DNA of 64,000 nucleotides from Bythopirellula sp. (GTDB lineage: Bacteria; Planctomycetota; Planctomycetia; Pirellulales; Lacipirellulaceae), in NCBI GenBank assembly GCA_965216565.1, contig OZ244170.1, positions 2,816,001 through 2,880,000 of the forward strand, given 5' to 3'. The first letter of the stretch is position 1. Each line of letters starts with the position of its first letter. The translations under genes were made by a program, and so were the position numbers. The notes under the pieces are model-generated. The model was not told where the DNA came from and did no database searches. It was given only the letters and a program-made list of their open reading frames with translations. Below are positions 37,429 through 46,932 of the stretch, one piece after another.

Positions 37429-38883
37429 TTGGCCGATACGCTTGTCATCTTCGGTGCCTCGGGCGATCTGACCCAGCGGAAGCTGGTACCCGCCCTTTAT
37501 CAACTGTTCCGCAAAGGTCGGCTGAAAGATGATCTGCGGATCGTAGGTTTCTCCAGGACCGAGTTCAGCCACGAGCAGTGGCGCGAAGAGCTCGCCGGTT
37601 CGACAGAGGAATTCTCTGCGGGGCAATTCGACCGCGAACAGTGGCAAGCGTTTGCACCCAACATTTACTACCATGCGGGTGATATTAGCAAAGCAGAGGA
37701 CTTCCAGTCGCTCTCTAAGTTTCTTGCTGAAATTGAAGGGGGAGAATCTTGCGATCGCGTCTACTACCTGTCCATGGCACCCCGCTTTTACCAGCCAGCA
37801 ATAGAGCAGCTTGGCGCGTCGGGATTAGCATGTGAACAAGATGCCTCGCGGCGGGTGGTCATCGAAAAACCATTCGGCACAGATCTTTCTACCGCTCAAC
37901 AGCTCAACCATGATGTTCATCAGGTGTTCCAGGAACACCAGGTCTATCGCATCGATCACTACTTGGGGAAAGAAACCGTCCAGAATCTTCTCGTGCTTCG
38001 TTTCGGCAACACAATTTTCGAGCCGATCTGGAATCGCAATTACATCGATCACGTTCAAATAACTGTGGCTGAGGAGGTAGACGTCGGCAGTCGCGCGGGG
38101 TATTACGACTCCGCTGGAGTGGTGCGGGACATGATTCAGAATCATCTCCTGCAATTGCTGATGGTCACTGCCATGGAGGCACCCGTTCGCTACGCCGCCG
38201 ATTCGATCCGCAATGAGAAGGTGAAAGTACTGGATGCCATCGAGACTCCGCATGCCGATCAGGTTGCCAGCGATACCTTGCGGGGACAATATCGCGGCTA
38301 TCTAGACGCAGACGGTGTGAGTTCAGGAAGCGAGACGGCCACTTTTGCGGCGCTCAAACTATCGATCAACAACTGGCGCTGGCAGGGCGTGCCCTTCTAC
38401 TTGCGTAGTGGCAAGGCTATGTCTTGCCGGACTACGCAGATTGTCATCCAGTTTCACGCCCCCCCTCATAAGCTGTTTGCCGATAGCCCCCGCGATCTGG
38501 GAGAGGCCAATCGGCTGGTGATTCAAGTCCAGCCTGCCGAAGGGATCCAGATCCACTTTCAAACGAAAGTCCCTGATGCGGGCATGAACATGCGTCAAAC
38601 CGACTTAGATTTCAACTACCAAAGCGAGTTTCGTGGCGTCATGCCCGAAGCATACGAGCGATTGCTCTTGGACGCATTGGAAGGCGATGCGAGCTTGTTT
38701 GCCCGCGCTGACGAAGTGGAATCGGCCTGGCGAATCTGCGACCCCATTCTGCAGGCATGGGAAACAAAGAACGAACCTGAGTTGCTCTACTACGACAAAG
38801 GATTTTGGGGACCAGCCGAAGGAACTGAATGGATGCACGCTCAAGGCCGTCAGTGGTTCGATACCTGCCCCGTTCTTCACTAA
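37429..38883 (+). CDS. zwf: Glucose-6-phosphate 1-dehydrogenase
   Basis: IFGASGDL, EKPFG, RIDHYLGKE, RDMIQNHLLQ. Confidence 0.98.
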   Translation: MADTLVIFGASGDLTQRKLVPALYQLFRKGRLKDDLRIVGFSRTEFSHEQWREELAGSTEEFSAGQFDREQWQAFAPNIYYHAGDISKAEDFQSLSKFLAEIEGGESCDRVYYLSMAPRFYQPAIEQLGASGLACEQDASRRVVIEKPFGTDLSTAQQLNHDVHQVFQEHQVYRIDHYLGKETVQNLLVLRFGNTIFEPIWNRNYIDHVQITVAEEVDVGSRAGYYDSAGVVRDMIQNHLLQLLMVTAMEAPVRYAADSIRNEKVKVLDAIETPHADQVASDTLRGQYRGYLDADGVSSGSETATFAALKLSINNWRWQGVPFYLRSGKAMSCRTTQIVIQFHAPPHKLFADSPRDLGEANRLVIQVQPAEGIQIHFQTKVPDAGMNMRQTDLDFNYQSEFRGVMPEAYERLLLDALEGDASLFARADEVESAWRICDPILQAWETKNEPELLYYDKGFWGPAEGTEWMHAQGRQWFDTCPVLH

Positions 38884-38901
38884 TCCTCGATATTCTCAGC
38901 C

Positions 38902-39864
38902 ATGTCAGAACAATCCCTCGCAGACCAAACTCCCGACGCACCGCCATTGCCCGAGAATATCTCTAGCGTGCAGCCCGGTGGCGGAGTTTGTTATAGCATC
39001 GAGTTGGCTTGGGGACGCTGGCGACGCTGGTATCTCAAAACGTTCCGCAAGGGCTACGTCGCACGGATGGCCGAGGCGAGGCAAGGCGACACGCAGGGTG
39101 CGCCGCACGAAATCCTCGATCCCCGCGATCTGAAATACTGCTCGAATCAGTGCACGGCATATTGGTTGGCTAAGGACGACCCCTTTACTTGGCGCGATCA
39201 TCTACCGCTTACGCGCTGGGGACTGGCCGAGGCGCAGCTCATGGGCTGGCCTTTAGTCGCCTTGATCGTCCTATTCCTTTGGCTAGGACAACCGTGGAGT
39301 TGGTTGGCCCTTGTCCCCGCGGTGCTGTTGGGCCTGATCCTCTACTTCTTCCGAGATCCCCAGCGAGCGATTCCCCAAGAACCGAGTGCGATCGTTTCTC
39401 CGGCCGATGGCACAATCACGGGCGTCGACGAACTTGAGCATTATGATTTTCTGGATGGGCCGGCGCTACAAATCAGCATCTTTTTGTCCATCTTCAATGT
39501 GCACGTCAATCGAGCCCCCCGCTCGGCAAAGGTTGTCGCCATGCACTACAAGCCGGGTGAATTTCTGGATGCCCGCGACCCTGAGAGCGCGATTCGCAAC
39601 GAATTCATGTGGATCGGCATGGAAGATAGCGACCAGCCTGAACGCCGTTTGGCTGTTCGTGCAATTTCTGGTCTGATTGCCCGCCGGATTGTGTGCAAGC
39701 TCATTCCAGGGAGCTCTGTGAAGAGGGGCGAGAAATTTGGTATGATCAAGCTTGGTTCGCGAACCGAACTAATTTTGCCTCGCGACCAAGTGAACGTGAA
39801 TGTTTCTGTTGGAGACAAGGTCCAGGCAGGAAGTACCATTTTGGCCAAGTATCGCCATCCATGA
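38902..39864 (+). CDS. psd: Phosphatidylserine decarboxylase with N-terminal extension
   Basis: FFRDP, SPADG, IFLSIFNVHVNRAP, GLIARRI, GMIKLGSRTEL self-cleavage motif. Confidence 0.93.
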   Translation: MSEQSLADQTPDAPPLPENISSVQPGGGVCYSIELAWGRWRRWYLKTFRKGYVARMAEARQGDTQGAPHEILDPRDLKYCSNQCTAYWLAKDDPFTWRDHLPLTRWGLAEAQLMGWPLVALIVLFLWLGQPWSWLALVPAVLLGLILYFFRDPQRAIPQEPSAIVSPADGTITGVDELEHYDFLDGPALQISIFLSIFNVHVNRAPRSAKVVAMHYKPGEFLDARDPESAIRNEFMWIGMEDSDQPERRLAVRAISGLIARRIVCKLIPGSSVKRGEKFGMIKLGSRTELILPRDQVNVNVSVGDKVQAGSTILAKYRHP

Positions 39865-39894
39865 GCGCCTGGCCGAAGATCGCCAAAGTTTTTT

Positions 39895-40758
39895 ATGCGT
39901 CAAATCCCTGCTGTTTCTGTACTGCCAACTCTCTTTACCTTGGGAAATCTGGTAAGCGGTTTCTTCGCGATAGTGGTTGCTGCCCGTATCGCGACACCCG
40001 ATATGGGAGAAACAGGACCTGCTCCGAAGTTAGATAGTTTTCGAGAAATTATTGGCAGTCTCGATCCGACGCACAATCTGATGCTCTGCGGAGCGCTGAT
40101 TTTTCTCGCAATGCTGTTCGATACATTCGATGGTCAAGTTGCCCGCATGACTCGCACTACCAGTGATTTTGGTGGGCAACTAGACAGCCTCTGCGATTTG
40201 GTCTCGTTCGGAGTTGCTCCGGCGTTTTTACTTGTAAAAATGTGCCCTCAGTTCACGAGTCTACACCGCGAGGCGGTCTGGGCAATTGCTGGACTGTACG
40301 TTTGCTGTGCGGCACTGCGATTGGCCCGCTTTAACGTCGAAACGGACGAGCAAGACGACCACGCGTCGTTTGTGGGACTGCCCTCCCCCGCCGCGGCTGC
40401 GACCATTGCAAGCATGGGAATGTTTTCCTACACCCTACGGAACGAACTCAACTTCGATCTCTACGATGGCTACGACTACTGGCTACAAAGGCTCATGCCA
40501 CCAATCGCGGTAGGTTTGGCCGTGCTGATGGTCTCCCGCATTCCCTACCCCCATTTGGTAACTCAACTCCTCAAGCGTAAGCGAAGTTTTGCCCATGTCG
40601 TTGGGATCGTCTTCCTGCTAATGGGTTTATGGACTGTTCGTTGGTATTCGGTCCCAATTGTTTGCATGATCTATGCCGCCTCGCCACTGCTTCGTTATTG
40701 CTATGTGATGGTAACTCAACGGCCTACAGGACGAACTTCCAGTGAGGAAGCGAGCTAG
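39895..40758 (+). CDS. pssA: CDP-diacylglycerol--serine O-phosphatidyltransferase
   Basis: DTFDGQVAR..SDFGGQLDSLCDLVSFGVAP, RLARFNV, GLPSPAAA; next to psd. Confidence 0.93.
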   Translation: MRQIPAVSVLPTLFTLGNLVSGFFAIVVAARIATPDMGETGPAPKLDSFREIIGSLDPTHNLMLCGALIFLAMLFDTFDGQVARMTRTTSDFGGQLDSLCDLVSFGVAPAFLLVKMCPQFTSLHREAVWAIAGLYVCCAALRLARFNVETDEQDDHASFVGLPSPAAAATIASMGMFSYTLRNELNFDLYDGYDYWLQRLMPPIAVGLAVLMVSRIPYPHLVTQLLKRKRSFAHVVGIVFLLMGLWTVRWYSVPIVCMIYAASPLLRYCYVMVTQRPTGRTSSEEAS

Positions 40759-40761
40759 TTT

Positions 40762-41364
40762 ATGTTTACCGGTTTAGTGCAAAGTTTGGCGACCGTAGCT
40801 GCTATCGAGCCAGAAGGCCCCGGGGTTCGCCTCACGATCACCGATTCGCTCGCCGCCCATCGCGCTGCAGTGGGAGACAGTATCTCTGTGAACGGCTGCT
40901 GCCTGACGGTGGTCAGTTTGGGCGAGGAAACAGTTGCCTTTGAAGCCGGCCCCGAAACGCTTGACCGCACAACACTAGGCAATTTGCAGGCAGGGGATCC
41001 TTTGAATTTGGAGACATCGCTCAAAGTGGGCGATGAGCTGGGCGGGCACCTAGTCACGGGGCATATCGACGCCGTGGGGACGGTTGATGCGCGTGAAGAT
41101 GAAGACGAGTGGTCGACGTTCTGGATCAAAGTTCCGAATGCCCTCAGCCGGCAAATGGCAAGCAAAGGCTCTGTGGCCGTTGATGGCGTGAGCCTGACCC
41201 TCGTGGATGTCGAGAGAGATCGATTTAGTGTCGCGCTCATTCCACACACGCTGCAGGTTACTACATTGGGTTCTCGGCAAGTGGGCGACCAGGTCAACCT
41301 GGAAACCGACGTCCTAGCCAAGTACGTCGAGCGTCAGCTTGAGTGGAAGGAATCGTCTAAGTGA
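40762..41364 (+). CDS. ribE: Riboflavin synthase
   Basis: MFTGLV, GDSISVNGCCLTV, GGHLVTGHID, KGSVAVDGVSLT, LIPHT. Confidence 0.96.
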   Translation: MFTGLVQSLATVAAIEPEGPGVRLTITDSLAAHRAAVGDSISVNGCCLTVVSLGEETVAFEAGPETLDRTTLGNLQAGDPLNLETSLKVGDELGGHLVTGHIDAVGTVDAREDEDEWSTFWIKVPNALSRQMASKGSVAVDGVSLTLVDVERDRFSVALIPHTLQVTTLGSRQVGDQVNLETDVLAKYVERQLEWKESSK

Positions 41365-42266
41365 ATCGTCAGACTAAATCATTCTTGATGGCTCGCTTTC
41401 GCGAAATGGGGATCACCCCCGCAACTCGCCATGGACAGAATTTTCTGATCGATCTCAACCTACAACAGATTATCGTCAATGCGGCCGAGTTGACCAAAGG
41501 AGATGTCGTACTTGAAGTCGGCACGGGCACTGGGGCCTTGACCGCTTTAATGGCCAAGCAGGCAGCGGCCATGGTGACTGTCGAAATCGATGGGCACCTG
41601 TTTGAACTAGCCAGCGAATTGCTCTTTGACTTCGACAATGTGACCATGCTTCGGCAAGATGCCCTACGCAATAAGAACAACTTTGCACCGGAGGTGCTGG
41701 CGGCTGTCGGCGAACACTTGGCAGCAGGGCCGGACCGAAGATTTAAATTAGTCGCCAACTTGCCCTATAACGTTGCGACGCCGATTATCTCCAACCTGCT
41801 GTCCTGCGAACACGTGCCGCACACAATGGTTGCCACGATTCAAAAAGAACTTGCGGACCGCATCGTGGCCGATCCCTGGTCGAAGGACTATAGCGCATTG
41901 AGCGTTTGGATTCAAAGCCAGGCTGATGCCGAGATCGTGCGGATCATGCCACCCAAAGTGTTTTGGCCCGCCCCCAAAGTAGACTCCGCCATTATTCGGA
42001 TCGTTGTCGACACCGCACGCCGCCAGGCGATTCCAGACCTGCGATACTTCCACCAATTTGTGAAAGCCATATTCATCCACCGGCGTAAATTCCTCCGAGC
42101 CAATGTTGTTAGTGCGATGAAACGCCATCTCTCAAAAGAAGAAGTCGATGCGATCCTCAGAGAAATGCAGTTGAGCCCTGAGGCTCGTACCGAGCAACTT
42201 GATGTTGCCACGATTCTACGGCTTACCGAGTTGGTGCGAGCACAAGCGCCCGACTGGAAACTCTAA
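41361..42266 (+). CDS. rsmA: 16S rRNA m6,2A dimethyltransferase
   Basis: GQNFLID, LEVGTGTG, VANLPY, PKVDSA, RRKFLR. Confidence 0.96.
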   Translation: MNRQTKSFLMARFREMGITPATRHGQNFLIDLNLQQIIVNAAELTKGDVVLEVGTGTGALTALMAKQAAAMVTVEIDGHLFELASELLFDFDNVTMLRQDALRNKNNFAPEVLAAVGEHLAAGPDRRFKLVANLPYNVATPIISNLLSCEHVPHTMVATIQKELADRIVADPWSKDYSALSVWIQSQADAEIVRIMPPKVFWPAPKVDSAIIRIVVDTARRQAIPDLRYFHQFVKAIFIHRRKFLRANVVSAMKRHLSKEEVDAILREMQLSPEARTEQLDVATILRLTELVRAQAPDWKL

Positions 42267-43750
42267 ACCGATTCTCTTTTTCGCTTAGCTGCAAGTCCCA
42301 GCAGTCCCACGACAAGCATCACGGTGGCCGGCGGTTCTGGCACTGAAGTAATAGAGGTCAAAGACCCCGTATATTGCGATTGCCAGACGAGATAGTCGAA
42401 ACCATTGGTGACATTGTCACCGTTGGCATCACCAAGTGCGGAATTGCCGTAGGCCGATTCCCAGATGCCCAGGTCCACGCCATCGACGTCGCCATCGGTA
42501 TCAAAATCGGCCTCGGCAAAGATCAAAGCATCGACGGCAAGTTCCAATTCGTAAAGCTGAATCGTATCGTCCAGCCCCGTAACTCGTGCAAAGTACTGCC
42601 CTGCCCCGGGAAGTTGCAAGTCGGCAATGGTCTCGATACCGCCCTGGCCGGTGGCGTTCACTGTGGCCAGCGGCGAAGTCCCGTTGGTATCGAAAATGGC
42701 CAGAACCAAATTGCTGCGTGCCGAGGCATCGAAAGCCGTTGGGGTCGAACCCACCGATCCTTGCGTGAACTGGCCGCCAAGGGGCGTTAGCGTGGCAGTT
42801 ATCGTTGCGGCGTGATCGACATCGAAGGAGTAGAAATCGGTATCCGCAAGATTGGCGAGGCTCACAAAATCGACATCGTTCGGGCCAATGGCCAACGTCG
42901 GCACATCCGCATCGCTGCCCACACTCGCTGAATTGCCACCAGCAATCAATCCAAGGGATGTTGCGTTTCCAGCAGTGCCATTGCCTTGTCCGCCGTTGGA
43001 CTTTTCGTTTGCGTCGCCAAAGTAGAACTGAATAGCGCGGACATCGTCGAGTTGGGGTCCATCAAACGAGTTATTGATAAACGGCTCCATGAGCAAATCG
43101 TCCGTTGAAGACTCCACGTGCAACACGCCGAATCCATGGCCATGCTCGTGCATGATCACATTGCGTAGTCCACGAAAATTATTGGCAGAGTTCCCAAACA
43201 ATCCATTCGTATCATCGGTATCAAGGACCATGTCACCATGATCAGGGAAATAGTTGAAGGCTAGCGTGCTGCTATTCCCGTCGATGCTCGCACCGGCGAT
43301 CCGCAGATCGCCTCGCACGCCAAGTAGACCATCGGGCGAACTACTTCCTGCATTCGCCCCATCGTCGTTGGGCTCATAAATGTAATTCGCGCCACTCAGA
43401 TCTCCCCAGCGTTGAAATGACTGTTCGATGTACTGAAACCAAGGCCGAACTTGCAGATCGTTATTGGGATTGCCGTTCGGGTCGCCGCCAAACTCTGTAT
43501 CGAAAGAGGCAATCAGATCACTGCCACCGAGATTCCCGAAGTCGTTGTTGTCGATGATCGACGTACCGTCAGGGACGATGCTCCAGGTGAGCGTCACCGG
43601 ATCGCCATTAGCACTGCGATTACCGGAGGCCGTGGAGAGCCAGTATTGCTCACCCGGGTTGATGATAAATGCAGACACCGAAGTCTTGCCGCCGAAAAAA
43701 ACGACAGCAACTGCAAGCAGGCTGAGCCCTGCCAGAATTTTTTGGTTCAT
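42263..43750 (-). CDS. Matrixin-like zinc metalloprotease with PEP-CTERM anchor
   Basis: Signal peptide; HEHGHGFGVLH plus LMEP; PPC-like domain; ADFDTDGDVDGVDL; VPEPPA-TM-KRKR. Confidence 0.87.
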   Translation of the reverse strand: MNQKILAGLSLLAVAVVFFGGKTSVSAFIINPGEQYWLSTASGNRSANGDPVTLTWSIVPDGTSIIDNNDFGNLGGSDLIASFDTEFGGDPNGNPNNDLQVRPWFQYIEQSFQRWGDLSGANYIYEPNDDGANAGSSSPDGLLGVRGDLRIAGASIDGNSSTLAFNYFPDHGDMVLDTDDTNGLFGNSANNFRGLRNVIMHEHGHGFGVLHVESSTDDLLMEPFINNSFDGPQLDDVRAIQFYFGDANEKSNGGQGNGTAGNATSLGLIAGGNSASVGSDADVPTLAIGPNDVDFVSLANLADTDFYSFDVDHAATITATLTPLGGQFTQGSVGSTPTAFDASARSNLVLAIFDTNGTSPLATVNATGQGGIETIADLQLPGAGQYFARVTGLDDTIQLYELELAVDALIFAEADFDTDGDVDGVDLGIWESAYGNSALGDANGDNVTNGFDYLVWQSQYTGSLTSITSVPEPPATVMLVVGLLGLAAKRKRESV

Positions 43751-44025
43751 GATAAGCCTCTCTGTTCCGCCTTCCATTTTAGCCGCAAATCGAAAAATTG
43801 CACAACAGAAAGGCAGGATCGCAGATCTAAGCAGGCTGAATAATCGGATCTATCCGAGCGATGTACGCCCAGGCGAGTATGAGAGCCACAATCCCGTGCT
43901 AGTAGAACGTTTCCGGCTATTCGCTGAAGGCGGCGAATAGCTGGAGGCACACCTGCCTCCGGAGTCGACGGACCGCGTGGCGGTCCGGGTAGCTACGATC
44001 CTGGTTGCAGAGCTACCAGCAAGCA

Positions 44026-44643
44026 CTAGCCTCGCTCAGTTTCGAATCCCGCTAGCTCCAGTGCTCGCTGATAGTCGTCGGGGCGATTGACATTCAGCAG
44101 GCTGAGTAATTCGGGATCGACTCCGCGAAGCTGCTCCACTTCGACCTCAAGAGTGTTGCAGTGCTCAAACAACTGGTTGAGTGCGAATTCTTCCGCCGCG
44201 AGTTGCAATTCGATTATCGGAACAACTCGGCGATGATAAACGGCCGACAGAGGGAAAGAGAATTCCTTTTGCCTAGGCACCACCACATCGTGACCTTCGA
44301 GTAATGAAAACAGAGAGTCCATCCATTTCGGCACGAGCAATGGCGTGTCGCAGCCTGTAATATACGCAACTTGAAGATCCTCCCTAGCCTCAAGCCCACA
44401 GCGCACCCCTTCCAAGGGCCCGCTAGCTTCATGCTCATCGAAGGCAATCGAGACGCCGGCGGGCAATGGTGGCAGGGACTGCTGTGCGGAGGCAACCACA
44501 ACCAGATTTTCTTCGCCCACTTCCTCCCCCACTAGCCGAACCATTCGCTCTAACATTGTCTCGGAGCCAAAGGGCAACAGGGCCTTGTCGACGCCCATTC
44601 GTGCCGACTTTCCGCCACAAAGTATGATGCCACCGCGTTTCAT
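44026..44643 (-). CDS. mobA: Molybdenum cofactor guanylyltransferase
   Basis: ILCGGKSARMGVDKALL, GPLEG, GCDTP, NVNRPDD. Confidence 0.9.
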   Translation of the reverse strand: MKRGGIILCGGKSARMGVDKALLPFGSETMLERMVRLVGEEVGEENLVVVASAQQSLPPLPAGVSIAFDEHEASGPLEGVRCGLEAREDLQVAYITGCDTPLLVPKWMDSLFSLLEGHDVVVPRQKEFSFPLSAVYHRRVVPIIELQLAAEEFALNQLFEHCNTLEVEVEQLRGVDPELLSLLNVNRPDDYQRALELAGFETERG

Positions 44644-44716
44644 TGGGTCGTTTCAGATGTTAGGCTGACTGTTGCGCTGGAATTGATGGCGAAGACATTC
44701 CCCCAAGATACTCGAT

Positions 44717-45553
44717 ATGACTCTCACACTCACCCGCAAAGCCGAACAAACAGCCCCAACCAGGCTGCCCATCGATGCTAGTGATCTGCTCCCGGAGTTG
44801 CTCGCCCCGCTATCCCCAGCCGAGATTAAGCAGATCGCAATCGCAGTTGGAAACCAGTCCGTTTCGCTGGAAAAGTTGTTTGATATGTCTGGTGACCCAA
44901 GCGATTTTCGTTTGGAATTGCACGGCGATCTATCCAACCTGCAGTGCTTGGGAGCGCGCATGAGCCGGGGAGAGATCGTCGCTCATAGTCAGGTGGGAAT
45001 TCACGCGGGTAGCCGGATGACCGGTGGAGAACTAACCATTCGCGGTGATGCTGGCGACTGGCTGGGCGTAGAAATGCGTGGCGGGTTGATCCATGTGCTC
45101 GGGAACGCGGGAAACCGCGTCGGCGGAGCTTACCCTGGTTCACTAAAGGGCATGAACGGGGGGACAATTTTCATCGAAGGCAATTGTGGCAATGAAACGG
45201 GCCTGCGGATGCGACGAGGCACAATCGCGATTGCGGGCGATGTGGGAACCATGCCAGGACGTAGAATGCACGCTGGCACATTGCTGGCTGCAGGAGCCTG
45301 CGGCAACTATCCAGGCTGGGGCATGAAACGCGGAACACTGATACTCTTGGGGCACGACCCCGCCAATCTACCCTCCGCGTTTGCCTACGACTGCCATTGT
45401 GCCCCAACGGTCTTGCAGCTCATTCAGCGGAAGCTCTCCGCCCTCGGATTCTCTTTCAATGGCGGCCAACTATTGGGGAATATGCTGCAGTACAGTGGCG
45501 ATCTCAATGAGTTGGGAAAAGGCGAGATATTTGTGCCGGCTATCGCAAAGTAG
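44717..45553 (+). CDS. fhcC: Formylmethanofuran dehydrogenase / formyltransferase-hydrolase complex subunit C
   Basis: Beta-helix repeats GxxMxGGxIxxxGxxG; GDLNELGKGEI C-terminus. Confidence 0.9.
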   Translation: MTLTLTRKAEQTAPTRLPIDASDLLPELLAPLSPAEIKQIAIAVGNQSVSLEKLFDMSGDPSDFRLELHGDLSNLQCLGARMSRGEIVAHSQVGIHAGSRMTGGELTIRGDAGDWLGVEMRGGLIHVLGNAGNRVGGAYPGSLKGMNGGTIFIEGNCGNETGLRMRRGTIAIAGDVGTMPGRRMHAGTLLAAGACGNYPGWGMKRGTLILLGHDPANLPSAFAYDCHCAPTVLQLIQRKLSALGFSFNGGQLLGNMLQYSGDLNELGKGEIFVPAIAK

Positions 45554-45684
45554 CCAGCCACATTACGTCTCTCGAATAGCGGAATTCGGGTCGTGGTTGG
45601 CAGGCAGTTGAGCAGATAGAATAGTGTTCGGCTCAGAAGTAATAGAACGCTCAAGCTTGAATCCAATCCCTCAGCGAGTAATCG

Positions 45685-46932
45685 ATGTCACAAATTGTGG
45701 AGGATCTGACTTGCTCGCAATGTGGCTGCGTTTGCGACGACTTGATCGCTGAGGTCCAGGACAACCAAATTATTCGCGTCGAAAATGGCTGTTCGATTGC
45801 TAAAGATTGGCTGGTTCGGCAAAGAGGCGACAATTCGTGCGAGGCTCTGCTGGATGGCAAAGAGGCCTCGTTATCAGATGCGATAGCCGCGGCTGGTGGG
45901 CTGCTCTCCAAGTGCCAGGCTCCACTCGTCCTGGGACCCTCGACTGGTAGCACCGAATCGCAACGAGCTGCGATTGAACTTGCTGAGCATATCGGTGGAA
46001 CGTTCGACCCCGGGTGTTCAACACTGCACCGGGCAGGCACGGCTGCTCTTCAGCAAGTGGGACTGAGTACCGCCACGTTGGGGGAGATCAAAAACCGGGC
46101 TGATCTAGTCCTCTTCTGGCGCTCTGATCCGGCAATTACACACCCTCGCTTTGTGGAACGCTTTGTCGACAGTTCCGGGACCTTTGTGCCCCAGGGCCGT
46201 CATGATCGCCAAGTAATAGTCATCGATGATCAGCGTACAACGACTGCAGACCTGGCAGACCAATACCTAGAACTAAATCAGCCAAATGACCTAGATTTGA
46301 TTGGCCGCTTGCGTGCTGCACTTCGAGACAAGCCTATTGCAGCACATGCAGGCAACGATGAAATCGTTTCAAAGCTGGCAGCCGATCTGAAGAAATCCCG
46401 CTACGCGGCGCTCCTATTCGGAGCCAACTTCCTATCAGGCGAAATCGCCAGTGCAGCAACCGAGGCGCTCTTCCAATTGGTGGCGGAGCTAAACTCACAC
46501 ACGCGCTGCATTGCCGCTGCTATGGGTGGACCCAATCCCGATGAGGTGCTCACCTGGCAAACTGGCTATCCGCTGGCAGTAAACTTTGCTCAGGGTTTTC
46601 CTCGCTATAATGCGGAAGAATTTTCTGCTGATCGGTTGCTCTCACGCGGCGAAGTCGACGCTGTAATTTCGATTGGCGGCGATGCTATGGAATCTCTAGG
46701 CGAGAAAGCGAAAAAGCGACTCGCCCAGCTGCCAGTGGTTTCGATTGGCTCTCCAGAGGAGTTTTTTGGCTCGGCGCAAGTGTCAATCGGCACGGGCGTG
46801 GATGGCATTCACTACAGCGGTAGCATATTCAGAATGGACGACGTCGCCCTGCCCTTAAAAGCCCTGCTCGATACCGCATTACCCAGCCAGGCTAGCATTC
46901 TCCGACAGTTGAAAGAGGCCTGCCAAAAATGA
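45685..46932 (+). CDS. fhcB: Formylmethanofuran dehydrogenase / Fhc subunit B
   Basis: CSQCGCVCDDL, TLGEIKNRADLVLFW, THPRF, LTWQTGYPLAVNF, FRMDDVALPL. Confidence 0.88.
   Translation: MSQIVEDLTCSQCGCVCDDLIAEVQDNQIIRVENGCSIAKDWLVRQRGDNSCEALLDGKEASLSDAIAAAGGLLSKCQAPLVLGPSTGSTESQRAAIELAEHIGGTFDPGCSTLHRAGTAALQQVGLSTATLGEIKNRADLVLFWRSDPAITHPRFVERFVDSSGTFVPQGRHDRQVIVIDDQRTTTADLADQYLELNQPNDLDLIGRLRAALRDKPIAAHAGNDEIVSKLAADLKKSRYAALLFGANFLSGEIASAATEALFQLVAELNSHTRCIAAAMGGPNPDEVLTWQTGYPLAVNFAQGFPRYNAEEFSADRLLSRGEVDAVISIGGDAMESLGEKAKKRLAQLPVVSIGSPEEFFGSAQVSIGTGVDGIHYSGSIFRMDDVALPLKALLDTALPSQASILRQLKEACQK

Noticed and set aside
45685..46932. Selenocysteine-containing FwdB
   Set aside because: No in-frame TGA; the ORF is uninterrupted.
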